A stretch of 64,000 nucleotides of DNA from Nitrosopumilus sp. (lineage in GTDB: Archaea > Thermoproteota > Nitrososphaeria > Nitrososphaerales > Nitrosopumilaceae): positions 2,146,165-2,210,164 of the forward strand of contig OZ240211.1 of NCBI GenBank assembly GCA_965197525.1. The letters are read 5' to 3'. The number at the start of each line of letters is the position of its first letter. Position 1 is the first letter of the stretch. Below the pieces are notes generated by a model. The model was given only the letters and a program-made list of their open reading frames with translations, ran no database searches and had not been told where the DNA came from. A program made the position numbers and the translations under genes. This document shows, one piece after another, positions 29,683-40,287 of the stretch.

Positions 29683-29892
29683 ATGAGCACTACCATACAA
29701 AAAAAGACGTACTCGGTCATAATAACCAAAGATGATGACGGGATCTTCGTTGGAAGGTGCGATGAGCTGCATGCGAACTCACAAGGTAAGACGTTTGGGG
29801 AGATTGTAGAGAACATGCGAGAAGCAGTAGAGCTTGCGGCCGAGGAGCTTGGAAGCGCGACAGATTTTAACATGCTCATAGTCGAACGATAA
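29683..29892 (+). CDS. hicB: HicB-family antitoxin
   Basis: YSVIITKDDDG.FVGRC.EL..NSQGKTF.E..ENM.EA. Confidence 0.88.
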   Translation: MSTTIQKKTYSVIITKDDDGIFVGRCDELHANSQGKTFGEIVENMREAVELAAEELGSATDFNMLIVER

Positions 29893-30128
29893 TGCCAAAG
29901 ATGCCAAAAATATCAGGTAATCAACTGATAAAATATCTACAGAAGAAGGGATTTGTCGCAACCCGCAGAAAGGGCAGTCATCTAACTCTAAGAAAAAAAA
30001 ATATCTTTACAACTGTGCCTGCTGGAAATAAAATATTGGGCATTGGAATCCAACACGGTATACTGTCAGATGTTGACATCACTAGGGAGGAATTTATCAA
30101 TGATTACGAGAATGGGCTGATAAAATAA
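29892..30128 (+). CDS. hicA: HicA-family toxin
   Basis: GF..R.KGSH..L..TTVP..ILSDVDIT.EEF. Confidence 0.88.
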   Translation: MPKMPKISGNQLIKYLQKKGFVATRRKGSHLTLRKKNIFTTVPAGNKILGIGIQHGILSDVDITREEFINDYENGLIK

Positions 30129-30671
30129 ATCCACAACAAGCATCGGCGTAAAAGTCTAAAACGCTAAAAAAATCCAAAAAGCGAGAAATTCTTGACAGTT
30201 TGTTTTCAGCGTTAAGGTCCGGAGAACTGATCGTGTCTGAGGGCATACAAAACTCCCTCACAATCTTACCAAAACCAAACTCTGTTTTCCAATTTCGATA
30301 AACGTATCTGAGTTGCCACAAAGAGCACGATTCTCGTGTGACTTGACGCTGTTTACGAACTAAATTAATCGTAAAAGTGCGAAATGTACGAGTTGGGAAA
30401 CAAAATTCAAAACCAAGCACTTTGACTAGATTGGCTTTCACAAATATCCCGACTCTATGCTCGAATTCGTAAATGGAGCCACGAATTGCCTCATATCGTA
30501 CAAGAGTACTGATATCACGACAGATATCATTGATGGTTTTATGGCAGACAGGAATCCTGTAGTATTTCGAGATACGAATTGTCAACATCTACAAAGTCAC
30601 ATGAAAACACCCGCCAATTATCCAGTGCAGGATTATAACACTCTTAAGTTCTTATCATCAGTCAATCATTC

Positions 30672-31142
30672 ATGGCTAGAGGTGGAGTTTTAGGTTTTGG
30701 TATTTTTCTTCTAGCACTTGCAACGGCAGGATACATAATTCCAATTAATGACCTCGGTTTGACTGCACCTGAAACAAATGATTTATGTTCTTCTGATTTG
30801 GGGAGATTTGGGCAACTATTCAGCGGAGATGCGCAACAAGCATGCTCACAAATGAAATACATTACATTTGGAATCTATGGATCTGGATTAATTGGAATTA
30901 TTTTGCTTATTGTAGGGGCGTTGATTCCACCGAAATCAAAAAAAGAAAATTCATCGATTTGCAACTATTGTAATTTTGTTGCAATGTCTGAGACTGAAAT
31001 GCTCAAACATAAAACAGAGAAACATTTGGATAAATCACCATACGTATGCGAGTATTGTGATTTTATTGGAATGACTGAAGAAATTCTATGGAATCATTAC
31101 AATGATGAGCATCCCGATAAGAAAAAATGGAAATGGAATTAA
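30672..31142 (+). CDS. Membrane protein with two C-terminal C2H2 zinc fingers
   Basis: Two TM segments; CNYC..H..H and CEYC..H..H. Confidence 0.75.
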   Translation: MARGGVLGFGIFLLALATAGYIIPINDLGLTAPETNDLCSSDLGRFGQLFSGDAQQACSQMKYITFGIYGSGLIGIILLIVGALIPPKSKKENSSICNYCNFVAMSETEMLKHKTEKHLDKSPYVCEYCDFIGMTEEILWNHYNDEHPDKKKWKWN

Positions 31143-31575
31143 AAAATCATAAATTCTAAAGAATCATAGTGCCTGCCAAAATAATCATAGGGATCAAATA
31201 CAACTATCCATGTGGGAAGCCAATAAATTTTCGCGTGGTTTTTACGGCATGTGTAATAGTATACGTCAGAGAAGTGTCAGTTCATCACAAGGTATAAGGC
31301 ATGCATGCAAAAACATCCTGTCGTAATCTAGGTGATGGATTGGCCCCTTTGTAAACATACACTTCGTACACTTAACTTTGAATGGAAGCACTTCGATCTA
31401 CTACGTCCTTGTGCTTTACTCGCTGATAAGTGATTATAGCTTTCTATCCATCAAGGAGATAGTTGTCCTGCACTCTCGCAGAATCCGACAGCGGGTCTTA
31501 TCTTGCGTTATCTAATTCTTGTCAACTGCACGCTTCGCACAAAAATAGATCATGTGTATGTTCGGCCCGTGAGCG

Positions 31576-31870
31576 TTAGTCGTGTTCGTGATGCGGGTGC
31601 ACTCCCTCTGGTTTGTGCTCATCAGATCTCTTGCGCCTGGCTTTCTTGGATCCGTGTCCGGACAGAGCATCATCCCCGATACCTGCGCGCCTCAGCACCT
31701 CTGTTACCGTCTTTTTGAGCTCGGCTATCTCTCTGTCCTTTTCTGCGTCCATGGGCTTTTTCTCAGGTTTTTTCTTGATCGGTGTCAGCACTTCTACCCC
31801 TTTGTACATCTTCTGTGCCCCCGACTATCCACTGTCCACATAGACCAGTACTTTTGCGTTCTCACCCTTG
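31576..31870 (-). pseudogene. Transposase remnant (IS5/ISL2-like C-terminal piece)
   Basis: Frameshifted LVYVDSG..MYKGVEVLTPIKKKPEKKP. Confidence 0.4.
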
Positions 31871-31907
31871 CAGCCGGAACGACACGGGGCAGCCTTTCAT
31901 CCACGGT

Positions 31908-32139
31908 GGAACCTGAAAATGCCTAGTTATCAGGTCAAGTCCCTTCCGATTGATATTGTAACAACGTTGATGTTGCTTGCGATCGGTATGGTATGGTTAA
32001 TTAGCAAGGCAGCACAGTTTTTTTGCAAGGTATCTGCTCACTGACAAGGAACGTCAAATGACTGGCAGTTACTCCCGACCAAAGGCATACGTATGGAACC
32101 TGAAAATGCCTCGTTATCAAGTCGAGTCCGATCAGTTCC
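31908..32139 (+). repeat. att-like end motif copies D and E
   Basis: GGAACCTGAAAATGCC at 31908 and 32095; E is followed by CGAGTCCGATCAGTTCC, a degenerate tRNA tail. Confidence 0.8.
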
Positions 32140-32582
32140 AGACCGGTTGTGCGGTATTTTCAAGTTCCACGTGTATGCCATTTGCCATGGTGTTTGTCTT
32201 CTGGCGCTGAACCTGATGTATATGGACGCAGGTGTATCCTTCTAGCGGGTTTTCTACCACTACGCTTCCGCGACAAGTCCTTGTTTCTGGTTATTTTATT
32301 TTTAGTCTTACGCAAAACACAGGTCTGTCATTCTTGGGTTCTTTTTTCATGAATTGGAAAATCTCGACTGATTTGATCTCTCTGATCTTGACAGTGAGAT
32401 GATTTGGATGCAATACAGTTGATTTTGAATCAAAGATTTGGACAACGCCACGTCATCATTAGTCTCATCATGGGATAAAATTGTATCTAGACTCTCCAAA
32501 CTTGTTATGTTCAATGAGAAATAAACTCAACTAATCCAAAAACGAAGTATTTTTGATCCAAACAAAGTTTCAGAAATTTTCT

Positions 32583-32888
32583 TCAATTGACTTGTTTGAT
32601 TTTGTATGAATTGTATATTGTTTCTTTTGTTTTGGGATAGAATATTCCTACGTCTACCATTTTGTAAACCAGTGTTCTTTCTAGATATTTTAAAAACTCT
32701 TTTATGTTTGCATTTATTTCAATCCACTCAAATGAACGACTATCGGTAGAAAACCAAGATATTTCCCCGCCCTTTTCTATTGCAACCTTTACATGATTTA
32801 CAAAGTCTACTTTTGAAATTGTTTGAATTTTTGGTTCCTCAAATAACGGTGATTCATTTTTTATTAATTCTGTATTGTCAGATAACAT
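32583..32888 (-). CDS. Hypothetical protein
   Basis: 101-aa ORF in an AT-rich segment. Confidence 0.5.
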   Translation of the reverse strand: MLSDNTELIKNESPLFEEPKIQTISKVDFVNHVKVAIEKGGEISWFSTDSRSFEWIEINANIKEFLKYLERTLVYKMVDVGIFYPKTKETIYNSYKIKQVN

Positions 32889-33009
32889 GTCTTTTTAATA
32901 CGATGTATCATTAATAAAAGTTAACTCAGAGTTAACTTGCTAGTTAACTAGTTTGTAGTTTGCTACCTAGAGACTGTGGAATACGAAAAGCAGTTCCTCC
33001 TTCCACCTT

Positions 33010-33190
33010 ATTTGACATGATATTCCTCCCCTGTTTGCTTGTCAACTACGGTTTCTCCTCTAGACGGCATCTTGCGTATGAATACATGGACTGTAGTCTA
33101 ATTCTCTCCGTCTACACCAAGAGACATGTGTAGTCTCCTGTGGCTGTACCACTCCATAAACAGATCCACGGGATCACTCTTACGCATCAT
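33010..33190 (-). pseudogene. IS481-like transposase 3' remnant
   Basis: DNA similarity to 4735-4900. Confidence 0.6.
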
Positions 33191-33726
33191 GAGTTATACG
33201 ACAGAGCGTTATTGGTCATGGGTCTAAAAGAAGAGCAAGCTCATCCATCTATTCGTATCGGTTGCAACAGATTCAATACGTAGAAGAGATTGATGTTGCA
33301 GTTGGTGAAATTTTGGCTTGCATAAAATTATTGAATCAAATACGAATATGAATCTGAAATAACTCTGAATGAAAAATAAAAGCTATTTTGTACGCCAAAA
33401 CCTACACAAGAGTAATAAGGTACATGATTTTATATACATCCAGTATGAAACCCAGTCTGGAATTTTCAATTAAATTCATAAAACAGCATGAAAAAGTAGT
33501 ATTTAATTTGTGTATATTAGGAAAATATTTTCTTAGATATTGTAACTGCAATACCTAGCAATGTTATTACTCCCATTACTAAGAATAGTTTACCTGCTCC
33601 ATGTGTGTTTTACAAAATTTGGATTTACACCTAGACGGTTTACTGATTTTGCATGAATATGACAGGGGCAGAAAGGTAAGGAAATCAAATGATTTGCTGA
33701 CCGCTCCCGGCAAATTTCGTGCATGT

Positions 33727-33772
33727 GGAACCTGAAAATGCCTCGTTATCAAGTCAAATCCGGTCGGGTCCG
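33727..33772 (+). repeat. att-like end motif copy F with an exact tRNA-Arg tail (attR-like)
   Basis: GGAACCTGAAAATGCCTCGTTATCAAGTCA followed by AATCCGGTCGGGTCCG. Confidence 0.88.
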
Positions 33773-34144
33773 CTTTTTCTTTTTCTTTGTAACTGTGATC
33801 CTGTAGTATTCTAAGAATCTATGTATTGCGTATAACTATCCTGCCATGATGTTATTTGCGTGGTTTACTTTTGTTTCAAACTATCTGCAGTCGAATTTTA
33901 ACTTGAACGGGATGTTTGATTCCTGGGAAAAGTCTTGATCATCCTTTCTTATGTACTAGTACCTACGTTTTGCATCTGGCCAATTCAAAGGCGAGTACTC
34001 GTCCATCCCTCATGCATCGTATTACGCTAGTGGTTTTCTTTGTTCAAAATATTTGAGCACTGTTTTTGTAGGACTTTGATATTTAGTCTGTCCAATACGT
34101 CAATAAGTGCATGGGCTTACGGATCCAGTCTCTTTTTGACTCTG

Positions 34145-34501
34145 CTAACGATTCTTTCTGCCCATTTTACAATCTTGGGCATCCTTTGGTTCCATGAGAT
34201 CTGGCTGGTACTCTGCTGCATTCTTTTTGTCTATTAATGAGGTAAACTGTCTCTTGATCTCACGGTACTCCTGCGGGGAAAATATCCCCTTGACAAGTGA
34301 CAGCGCCTGGGTGTGGTCATCTGAGGCGCGCCTTCCCTTGTACGATGTGGTCAGCGCATCCAGTGCACTGATGGCACTGTGCACGGCACCAGTCACTGCG
34401 CTGTTGTACTTTGCATTCTGTGCTGCAAGCTTGGCCATCTCCAATAACTCCTCTGATTTTGTGGGATAGTTTGTCGCCTCACTGGGATCAACGTCTCTCA
34501 T
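34145..34501 (-). pseudogene. HEPN toxin copy 2 with a frameshifted C-terminus
   Basis: 2-nt loss near 34170 replaces DSVKWAERIV.. with DCKMGRKNR. Confidence 0.8.
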
Positions 34502-35103
34502 TTCAATAGATCCTCCAGATTCCTCCCATGTACCATAGTATGGTTGCCCAGTATGGAACATACAAGACCGCTTCTCTTTTTTAACCTTAATTCGGACTCT
34601 GAGAAGACAATTGGGGAGATCCTGCCGTGGAATTTCGCAAATATCTCCTCACCGGCATCTGATGCTGCGGAGATGGCGCCGTCAAAATCATCTGATATGA
34701 TAAGGACGTCAATGTCGCTACCTTCCTTCTCCTGACCTTTTGGAACACTTCCAAAGATTGCAGCCGAGGTGTTTTTTTCCGCACCCAAGTATCTTTTGAG
34801 AATCAAGATCATCTGGTCAAGTGTCCGCTCTTCGGCCTCAAACATCGGCACTATGATCCTTTTGAGGATATGGCTTTTCTCATTCAGTGAGACTTGATGG
34901 GACCTGCCTATTGGCTGAATATGCACAACCCCAAGCTTCTCCAACTCCTTGACGGTCTTGGACACTCTGGGGTGTGAGACGTGTGCATCGTGCGCCAGTC
35001 CCCTTATGGTAAATATCTTGCCCCTATGTCTTACTAGGGTGCGAAGCACGCTGATTGAGGTCTTGCTGCCAAGCAGTTGTTCCAGATATCTGTGCAGTTT
35101 CAT
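34498..35103 (-). CDS. wHTH-MNT antitoxin copy 2
   Basis: Near-identical to copy 1; GS-x10-DxD intact. Confidence 0.88.
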   Translation of the reverse strand: MKLHRYLEQLLGSKTSISVLRTLVRHRGKIFTIRGLAHDAHVSHPRVSKTVKELEKLGVVHIQPIGRSHQVSLNEKSHILKRIIVPMFEAEERTLDQMILILKRYLGAEKNTSAAIFGSVPKGQEKEGSDIDVLIISDDFDGAISAASDAGEEIFAKFHGRISPIVFSESELRLKKRSGLVCSILGNHTMVHGRNLEDLLK

Positions 35104-35470
35104 GTATGGTAAATAATATTTCCATATGGTATTAATGTTTTCCATATTGATGTTTTAAACTATCTGCATGTGGTATTATAGGCATGTTTCAGATAATGAA
35201 CAATCTGTGATATTATTATGGTTTTACTGATATTCGTCTTTTAATACCTCTTGGGAAAAACCAAACCGTATTGCAATGTCTGACAGGTTCTGCATGCGCA
35301 GCATGTATGCGTCGTTACAGCTTCCAGGAATCTCCTAGCAGAGTCCCGCCTTTGTAATCATGGACATGATGACAGGTCCCGCTAACCTCTTACAACGATC
35401 CTATGACACTTTTTCAAGATGCCTGCCATGGTACCTAAACCACACAAAGACAAGTCAAATTCTATTACTC

Positions 35471-35507
35471 AATATTTCGCAGTAATGCGAATCGCTAAAA
35501 AGCGAAA
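35471..35507. repeat. 37-bp palindromic unit, copy 1 (copy 2 at 36716-36752)
   Basis: AATATTTCGCAGTAATGCGAATCGCTAAAAAGCGAAA versus AATATTTCGCAATAGTGCGAATCGCAATAATGCGAAA. Confidence 0.8.
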
Positions 35508-36696
35508 TCAATTCATTCGCTTCAACCATTCCTTAAAGAAAGCATCCGAGATGACATAGCTGTTTTCCTCTTTCTCTATCAGGCCCTTTTCTTCAAGGGC
35601 GGCGGCAGTCCTTGCCACCGTGGATGGCGCCCCCAAGCTGTACATGTCTCTGAAATCGGATGAAAATATTTTTTTATCCCCTGAAGATGCCATGGATGAC
35701 AGCAAAGTACGCTGTTTTCCCCTTATCGAATCCCATAGTACGCTGTTTTCCCCTTATCGAATCCCATAGGGATGTGTATGCATAGTTTTGATTTTTCATG
35801 ACCTGCTCGAGTGCTTTAGAAATATCCGAATCCTTGACAGTTTTTCTTCCTTGAGACTTGCAACAGTTCCAAATCTCATGACATAATTGCTGTGTATAGT
35901 ATGGATGGCATTCCGTTGATTGTAATATGGCATCGATGTTTTTTTCTGATACCTGGATTTTGTCAATTTGGAATTTGTCTTTGATAAATATCCCAAACTC
36001 GTATTCTGGAATTTTGCACAGGTTAAATGGCTTGCCTGATTTGTACAGTGCCCGGTTCTTGTCGTTAAACATTTGATCTAAAAGGTGTCTTTGGCTTCCC
36101 ATGAACACATATGAGACGTTTTTGTGCCGTTGGATCTTTGATCTAAAGTTACCTTCGATCTCTTCGCCGTCTAGCCTTGCTATTTCCTGAAACTCATCAA
36201 AAACTACGACCATTCTTTTCTTCTTCTTCTTGGCTATTCTCTCTGGAAGATCGTATAATTTTGTCAGATTTGCATCGATGTCTTCCTTGCCTTTTGACAG
36301 TTCCAACTCCATTCCGCTGCCATCCATCCCTGACATGGATTCTGGTCTGACTGTTAACTTGACTGGAGGGATCAGGTCCCGGATGGCTTGCACAATCTCA
36401 TCGATTCTACCGATCTTTGCTTGTGTCATGGAACTTGCAATGATATTTGCAAACTTTGCCTTGTTGGTTGCAGGATACAAATCGATATAAATACAGACGA
36501 TTCCTTTTTTTCGTAGTTTTTCCATAACCTGGAAAATTAACGAAGTTTTTCCATACCTGCGGGGAGAAAATATGATGAGATTTGTCTTGCCTGACAGGTC
36601 TTTTACCAGTTCTGCGATCTCGTTTTTCCTGTCTGTAAAGCTCTCACCGCTTACAATAGTGCCAAACACAAAAGGATTTTCTGCCATCCAAGTCAT
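35508..36696 (-). pseudogene. Archaeal AAA-type ATPase with C-terminal wHTH, frameshifted by a 31-bp tandem duplication
   Basis: NPFVFG, SPRRYGKTSL, VVFDEFQEI; duplication at 35707-35737/35738-35768. Confidence 0.88.
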
Positions 36697-36715
36697 AATT
36701 ACACGTTCGTATTAT

Positions 36716-36752
36716 AATATTTCGCAATAGTGCGAATCGCAATAATGCGAAA
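36716..36752. repeat. 37-bp palindromic unit, copy 2
   Basis: See 35471-35507. Confidence 0.8.
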
Positions 36753-37007
36753 AAATAACTGTCATAATCTAAGAAATTCAACCAATACAGTACTCGTAGC
36801 GTGACTGTAAGCAAGTCCGCGATGTCCAAACACGTAAACTGGTTTGTGGCACAAAATGCCCCAGATTAGATCGGATCTGCTCTCCCGCTATGCACGGACC
36901 ATGACAGGTTGATAAAATGACGGAACTAGGCTCACATAATATATTAAAGACACCTCTGTGCTGCCTCTCTTTTTAAGATTCTAATACTTCTCACTATTCT
37001 GTATGTT

Positions 37008-37370
37008 ATGGATCATGAAAAGTTCTGCAATGATATATTGGCAATAGATCCCAAAATCCGATTTGCTTCAATCTATGACGCATGGGCCACTCGCGTATGT
37101 GGAGGTATGAGACCAGATGTAAAAAATCTATTATCAGAACGTGCAGAGCACGAACTAGTTAATCTCTCTATTCTTGATTGGAAATCAAGAAAAAATGTCT
37201 CAAAGTGGCTTGGCAAAACAAAGTATGCTATGGCAGAATACGACAAAATCCGTCGCTTTTCATTTTATCTTGGCGATGACTATCTACTTCTTGTAAGCAC
37301 TGAAACGGATTACGATATCAACTTGACAGTTAACCATGTAATCAATCTTTATTATGCAAACCAAGATTGA
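37008..37370 (+). CDS. Small thaumarchaeal roadblock-like hypothetical protein
   Basis: C..IL..DPKIRFA..GGMR..LGK.KYA..EY.K.....LLVS.E pattern. Confidence 0.7.
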   Translation: MDHEKFCNDILAIDPKIRFASIYDAWATRVCGGMRPDVKNLLSERAEHELVNLSILDWKSRKNVSKWLGKTKYAMAEYDKIRRFSFYLGDDYLLLVSTETDYDINLTVNHVINLYYANQD

Positions 37371-37634
37371 CTGCTGTTCCCCTAGACACCCGCACATATA
37401 ACGCCAGCATTCAATTAGTTGGAAAATTACTTGCTTGATTTTCTTGCATACCATATCTACATCTAGTATGTTGTCTGAAAATACGTTTTTTGATATGTCC
37501 TCTATTTGACCCGGACATATTTTATTACACTCTTGCCATTCTCATTGAACGCTGTCTATCTTGCCATCTATCTACACACCGAATAACTGTTTTCAATTAA
37601 CCACACTTAAACGACAGACCGGAATATCTTATTT

Positions 37635-38444
37635 TCATCTAAAGCGTTTTTTGTAGATCTTGTCATTTTTCTCTTCTAACTCAGCCAGCTTTGCGATAAA
37701 TGCAGGCTCTAATCTAATCTTAGAGAGGGATTCTGCCGATAATTTCACATTGTTGGCATCCAAATAAACATTTGATTTTGGGAGGTTCTTCTTTGCCCAA
37801 AATTTCATAACCTTGTCTTCTAACTTGTAATCCCGGAATCCTGAAGGGAATTTTTTTGTTATATGGTTTAGCAGCGTTCGATCGTTGAATACTGCACGTG
37901 GCTCAAACAATCTAGTCTCATCGCTGAAGGCATTTTCAAACAAATTTCCAGAGATTTCATCAGAAAGCAATCTCATTTTTGAGATCTTTCTCATCATATC
38001 TAAAAAATGTAAAAATTCATGCGCTAAAATTGCATGAACTGTTCCTTTTAATCCGTATGCAATTAGCGGTGCTGAGATCTGAATTAAGACTTGGAATTTT
38101 TCTTCAAATACTACCGGCAGCGTTCTTGCAAACAGTATGCCAAACTCGTAAGAGTTTGCATCATGTGATGTGATTACAAGTGATGGCTCTACATATGCCA
38201 TAGGGTATTTAATTCCTGATGCCTTTTCTATTCGATTTATACCTGCCACAGTTATTGGAAAGCGTTCGATCACACGATTGTATATGTTATCTGGAATCAC
38301 TCCTTTAGAATGGGCTTCTTTGAAGCGTATCAGTGGATCCAATACTATTCTAAGATAATTTTCAATGTAAAAAATGTTGATTCTCTCAAGCGCGCAGTTT
38401 ACCTGCTTTCTTCTTTTTACGGGCATCTGCTCTCTGGTCCGCAC
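37635..38444 (-). CDS. Hypothetical protein with an HExxH motif; true start probably downstream
   Basis: ILAHEFLH. Confidence 0.7.
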   Translation of the reverse strand: MRTREQMPVKRRKQVNCALERINIFYIENYLRIVLDPLIRFKEAHSKGVIPDNIYNRVIERFPITVAGINRIEKASGIKYPMAYVEPSLVITSHDANSYEFGILFARTLPVVFEEKFQVLIQISAPLIAYGLKGTVHAILAHEFLHFLDMMRKISKMRLLSDEISGNLFENAFSDETRLFEPRAVFNDRTLLNHITKKFPSGFRDYKLEDKVMKFWAKKNLPKSNVYLDANNVKLSAESLSKIRLEPAFIAKLAELEEKNDKIYKKRFR

Positions 38445-38714
38445 GTCTTTGATGTTTACCTCTCTTTCTATCTGGCATACCGTTCTTGATATCTAGTGTT
38501 AGTTAATTGTTGTCATTGATGTCTGCCTGTTCTCAAACCATATCTTAAATATTGATTTAACACTACTTTTTCATGCTGTTTTATTAATTTGAGGGGAATT
38601 TTTGGATTGGGTTTCATACCGGATGTATGTAAAATCGGAACTGGTAACTTAACGGGAGTTAATTCTACTTGGTAACTCTCGGGAGCTGTTTAGTTAAAAT
38701 AGATTCCTTCATAA

Positions 38715-38734
38715 GGTTCTGTCAAGTTAACGAG
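38715..38734 (+). mobile_element. Solo IS6-type terminal repeat
   Basis: GGTTCTGTCAAGTTAACGAG matches the TIR at 24770 at 18/20. Confidence 0.7.
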
Positions 38735-38743
38735 TGCTGAGCC

Positions 38744-39010
38744 TCAAGCTCCAGATAAGTTTACAGAGTTTGATGGCATTCTCTTTCTCATCTGTATGTA
38801 CGGGTATACAGATTTAGGGCGTTTGGCACTGTTTCGTAGAGATACCCCACAACACTCACAAGATGCAAGTTTTGTAATTACCGCTTTCTCACAAACAGAA
38901 CAATATTTGTGACCTTTTATGTAATCGTATCTAGTTGCACGATGGTTAAGGAACTCTGTAACCAGTGTTGGCATATCGGGCCCACAATGTCCGTTACATG
39001 ATTTTGTCAT
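38744..39010 (-). CDS. Small Cys-rich zinc-binding protein
   Basis: CSVC..CECCG motifs. Confidence 0.6.
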   Translation of the reverse strand: MTKSCNGHCGPDMPTLVTEFLNHRATRYDYIKGHKYCSVCEKAVITKLASCECCGVSLRNSAKRPKSVYPYIQMRKRMPSNSVNLSGA

Positions 39011-39042
39011 TGTCTTTACGCTCCTACATCATCTTTTTAGAA

Positions 39043-39318
39043 CTAATGCACTGGTTGTCTGCCTCTCCACTTGATGACAAATCTGCCTCCTATTATGAGT
39101 GCCGAACCGATCAAAATATTTAGAAAGATGTGCAGATAGAAGATCTCTTTTGGTGTCACGGTTCCGTGAAGTACAGTCGGTTCAATTATCTCAAACCCTC
39201 CATTTGTTACTAGATTATGTAGTATAACTGCAACTACAAAGAAGGGCCACCATGTAAAATAGAATGATGATATTATCATCCCCCATCCTGCCAGTTTGTA
39301 AAATTTTGGGTTAATCAT
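39043..39318 (-). CDS. Small two-TM membrane protein
   Basis: Two hydrophobic segments; starts just downstream of the secreted-protein gene. Confidence 0.65.
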   Translation of the reverse strand: MINPKFYKLAGWGMIISSFYFTWWPFFVVAVILHNLVTNGGFEIIEPTVLHGTVTPKEIFYLHIFLNILIGSALIIGGRFVIKWRGRQPVH

Positions 39319-39335
39319 GGTCTAGAAAAAAAAGG

Positions 39336-40217
39336 TTAGGATATAAGTAGACTTGTTTCTACAGATCCTAATTGAGTAGTTCTTGACGATTGTGATGCAT
39401 CATATTGGTTGTGTGTTGATATGAATACATATGCACCTGGTCCAAACCCGTTGCACCCGACCTCATCAGTTTCTGACGTATTATTGACAGTTACGGTACA
39501 TACTTGTGGACGCACATCAGTTCCTGGACGAGCGGCTATTATGTCGTGTCTCTGTGCTGCAGAATTATGGTCAAAGTCCGTACATGTAAAGGTTCTACGT
39601 TCCCTAATATCCTTGTCTAGATCTTCTGGGTACCTAAACGTCACAGATATGGTGGCGTCTCCATTTCTCTCTGATAGTAGTGTGGATGTAGCGGTTCCTC
39701 TCACGTTTCTTGAATCACTGCAGTCGTACTGTGTCTGGGTGTGGGTCCTCCCTAGTACGGCATCATAAGATCCGTGACCATGTGTCTCTACCATGTTCCT
39801 AGCGGTAGCTTCTATAAATGGTGTCCTGTGTGTATGGGCAGGGCTTGTTGTAGAATCTACAAAGTCACCAGGTCCGTATGTACTGTCCAGGATTACAAAC
39901 ATCTCATCCACTGTCATATCGGCATAGTCTTCCTCTACCTCCATGTCATGTGTGAGCTGATATATTGCCTGTACTGCACTGAGTCTCGTGATGATGGTTT
40001 CTATGGCTTGTGCCTCTTCTGTATCGTCTTCTGCTGGTACCACGTTCTCATAGTATCTGAGTAGTTCTTCCAGCTCGTCGTATCCGTCTGTTGTCGATGC
40101 TATTGGGTCTACAGCACCACCACCTGGTTGTGGAGGTGTGGCATCTGCACTGATACCCAACGGGATCAGTATGACCAAAGCAAAGAAAGGTATTGCGAAC
40201 TTTGTTTTTGTGTTCAT
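39336..40217 (-). CDS. Secreted protein of unknown function
   Basis: Signal peptide MNTKTKFAIPFFALVILIPLGISADA; four Cys in the C-terminal domain. Confidence 0.75.
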   Translation of the reverse strand: MNTKTKFAIPFFALVILIPLGISADATPPQPGGGAVDPIASTTDGYDELEELLRYYENVVPAEDDTEEAQAIETIITRLSAVQAIYQLTHDMEVEEDYADMTVDEMFVILDSTYGPGDFVDSTTSPAHTHRTPFIEATARNMVETHGHGSYDAVLGRTHTQTQYDCSDSRNVRGTATSTLLSERNGDATISVTFRYPEDLDKDIRERRTFTCTDFDHNSAAQRHDIIAARPGTDVRPQVCTVTVNNTSETDEVGCNGFGPGAYVFISTHNQYDASQSSRTTQLGSVETSLLIS

Positions 40218-40256
40218 GTTGTTGTGTACAGTCTAAATGTGGTTATTAAAAATTAG

Positions 40257-40272
40257 TTCAATCCAGATTGAA
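40257..40272. promoter_or_regulatory. Palindromic operator TTCAATC-CA-GATTGAA
   Basis: About 40-55 bp upstream of the 40217 start, next to a TATA-like run. Confidence 0.7.
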
Positions 40273-40287
40273 TAAATCTTTATTAAT

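Larger units (their letters stand above)
15500..33772. mobile_element. Genomic island integrated at the 3' end of tRNA-Arg
   Basis: tRNA 3' end AATCCGGTCGGGTCCG recurs at 33757-33772; cargo is TA modules and IS elements; no integrase seen in the window. Confidence 0.75.
33757..35165. repeat. 1.4-kb duplication, copy 2
   Basis: Colinear with 15500-16910. Confidence 0.95.

Noticed and set aside
30097-30693. ORFs 30097-30588 (-) and 30457-30693 (+)
   Set aside because: No recognisable motifs; probably a decayed gene or spurious frames
32919-32952. Cluster of GTTAAC palindromes
   Set aside because: Single occurrence in AT-rich DNA with no partner site; not enough to assign a role
22254-33772. 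att-like motif copies as CRISPR repeats or casposon TIRs
   Set aside because: Spacing is irregular and kb-scale with mixed orientation; no Cas1 or PolB is encoded in the window
15500-36800. Integrase for the tRNA-Arg island
   Set aside because: No ORF with tyrosine-recombinase (R..HxxR..Y) or serine-recombinase motifs was recognised
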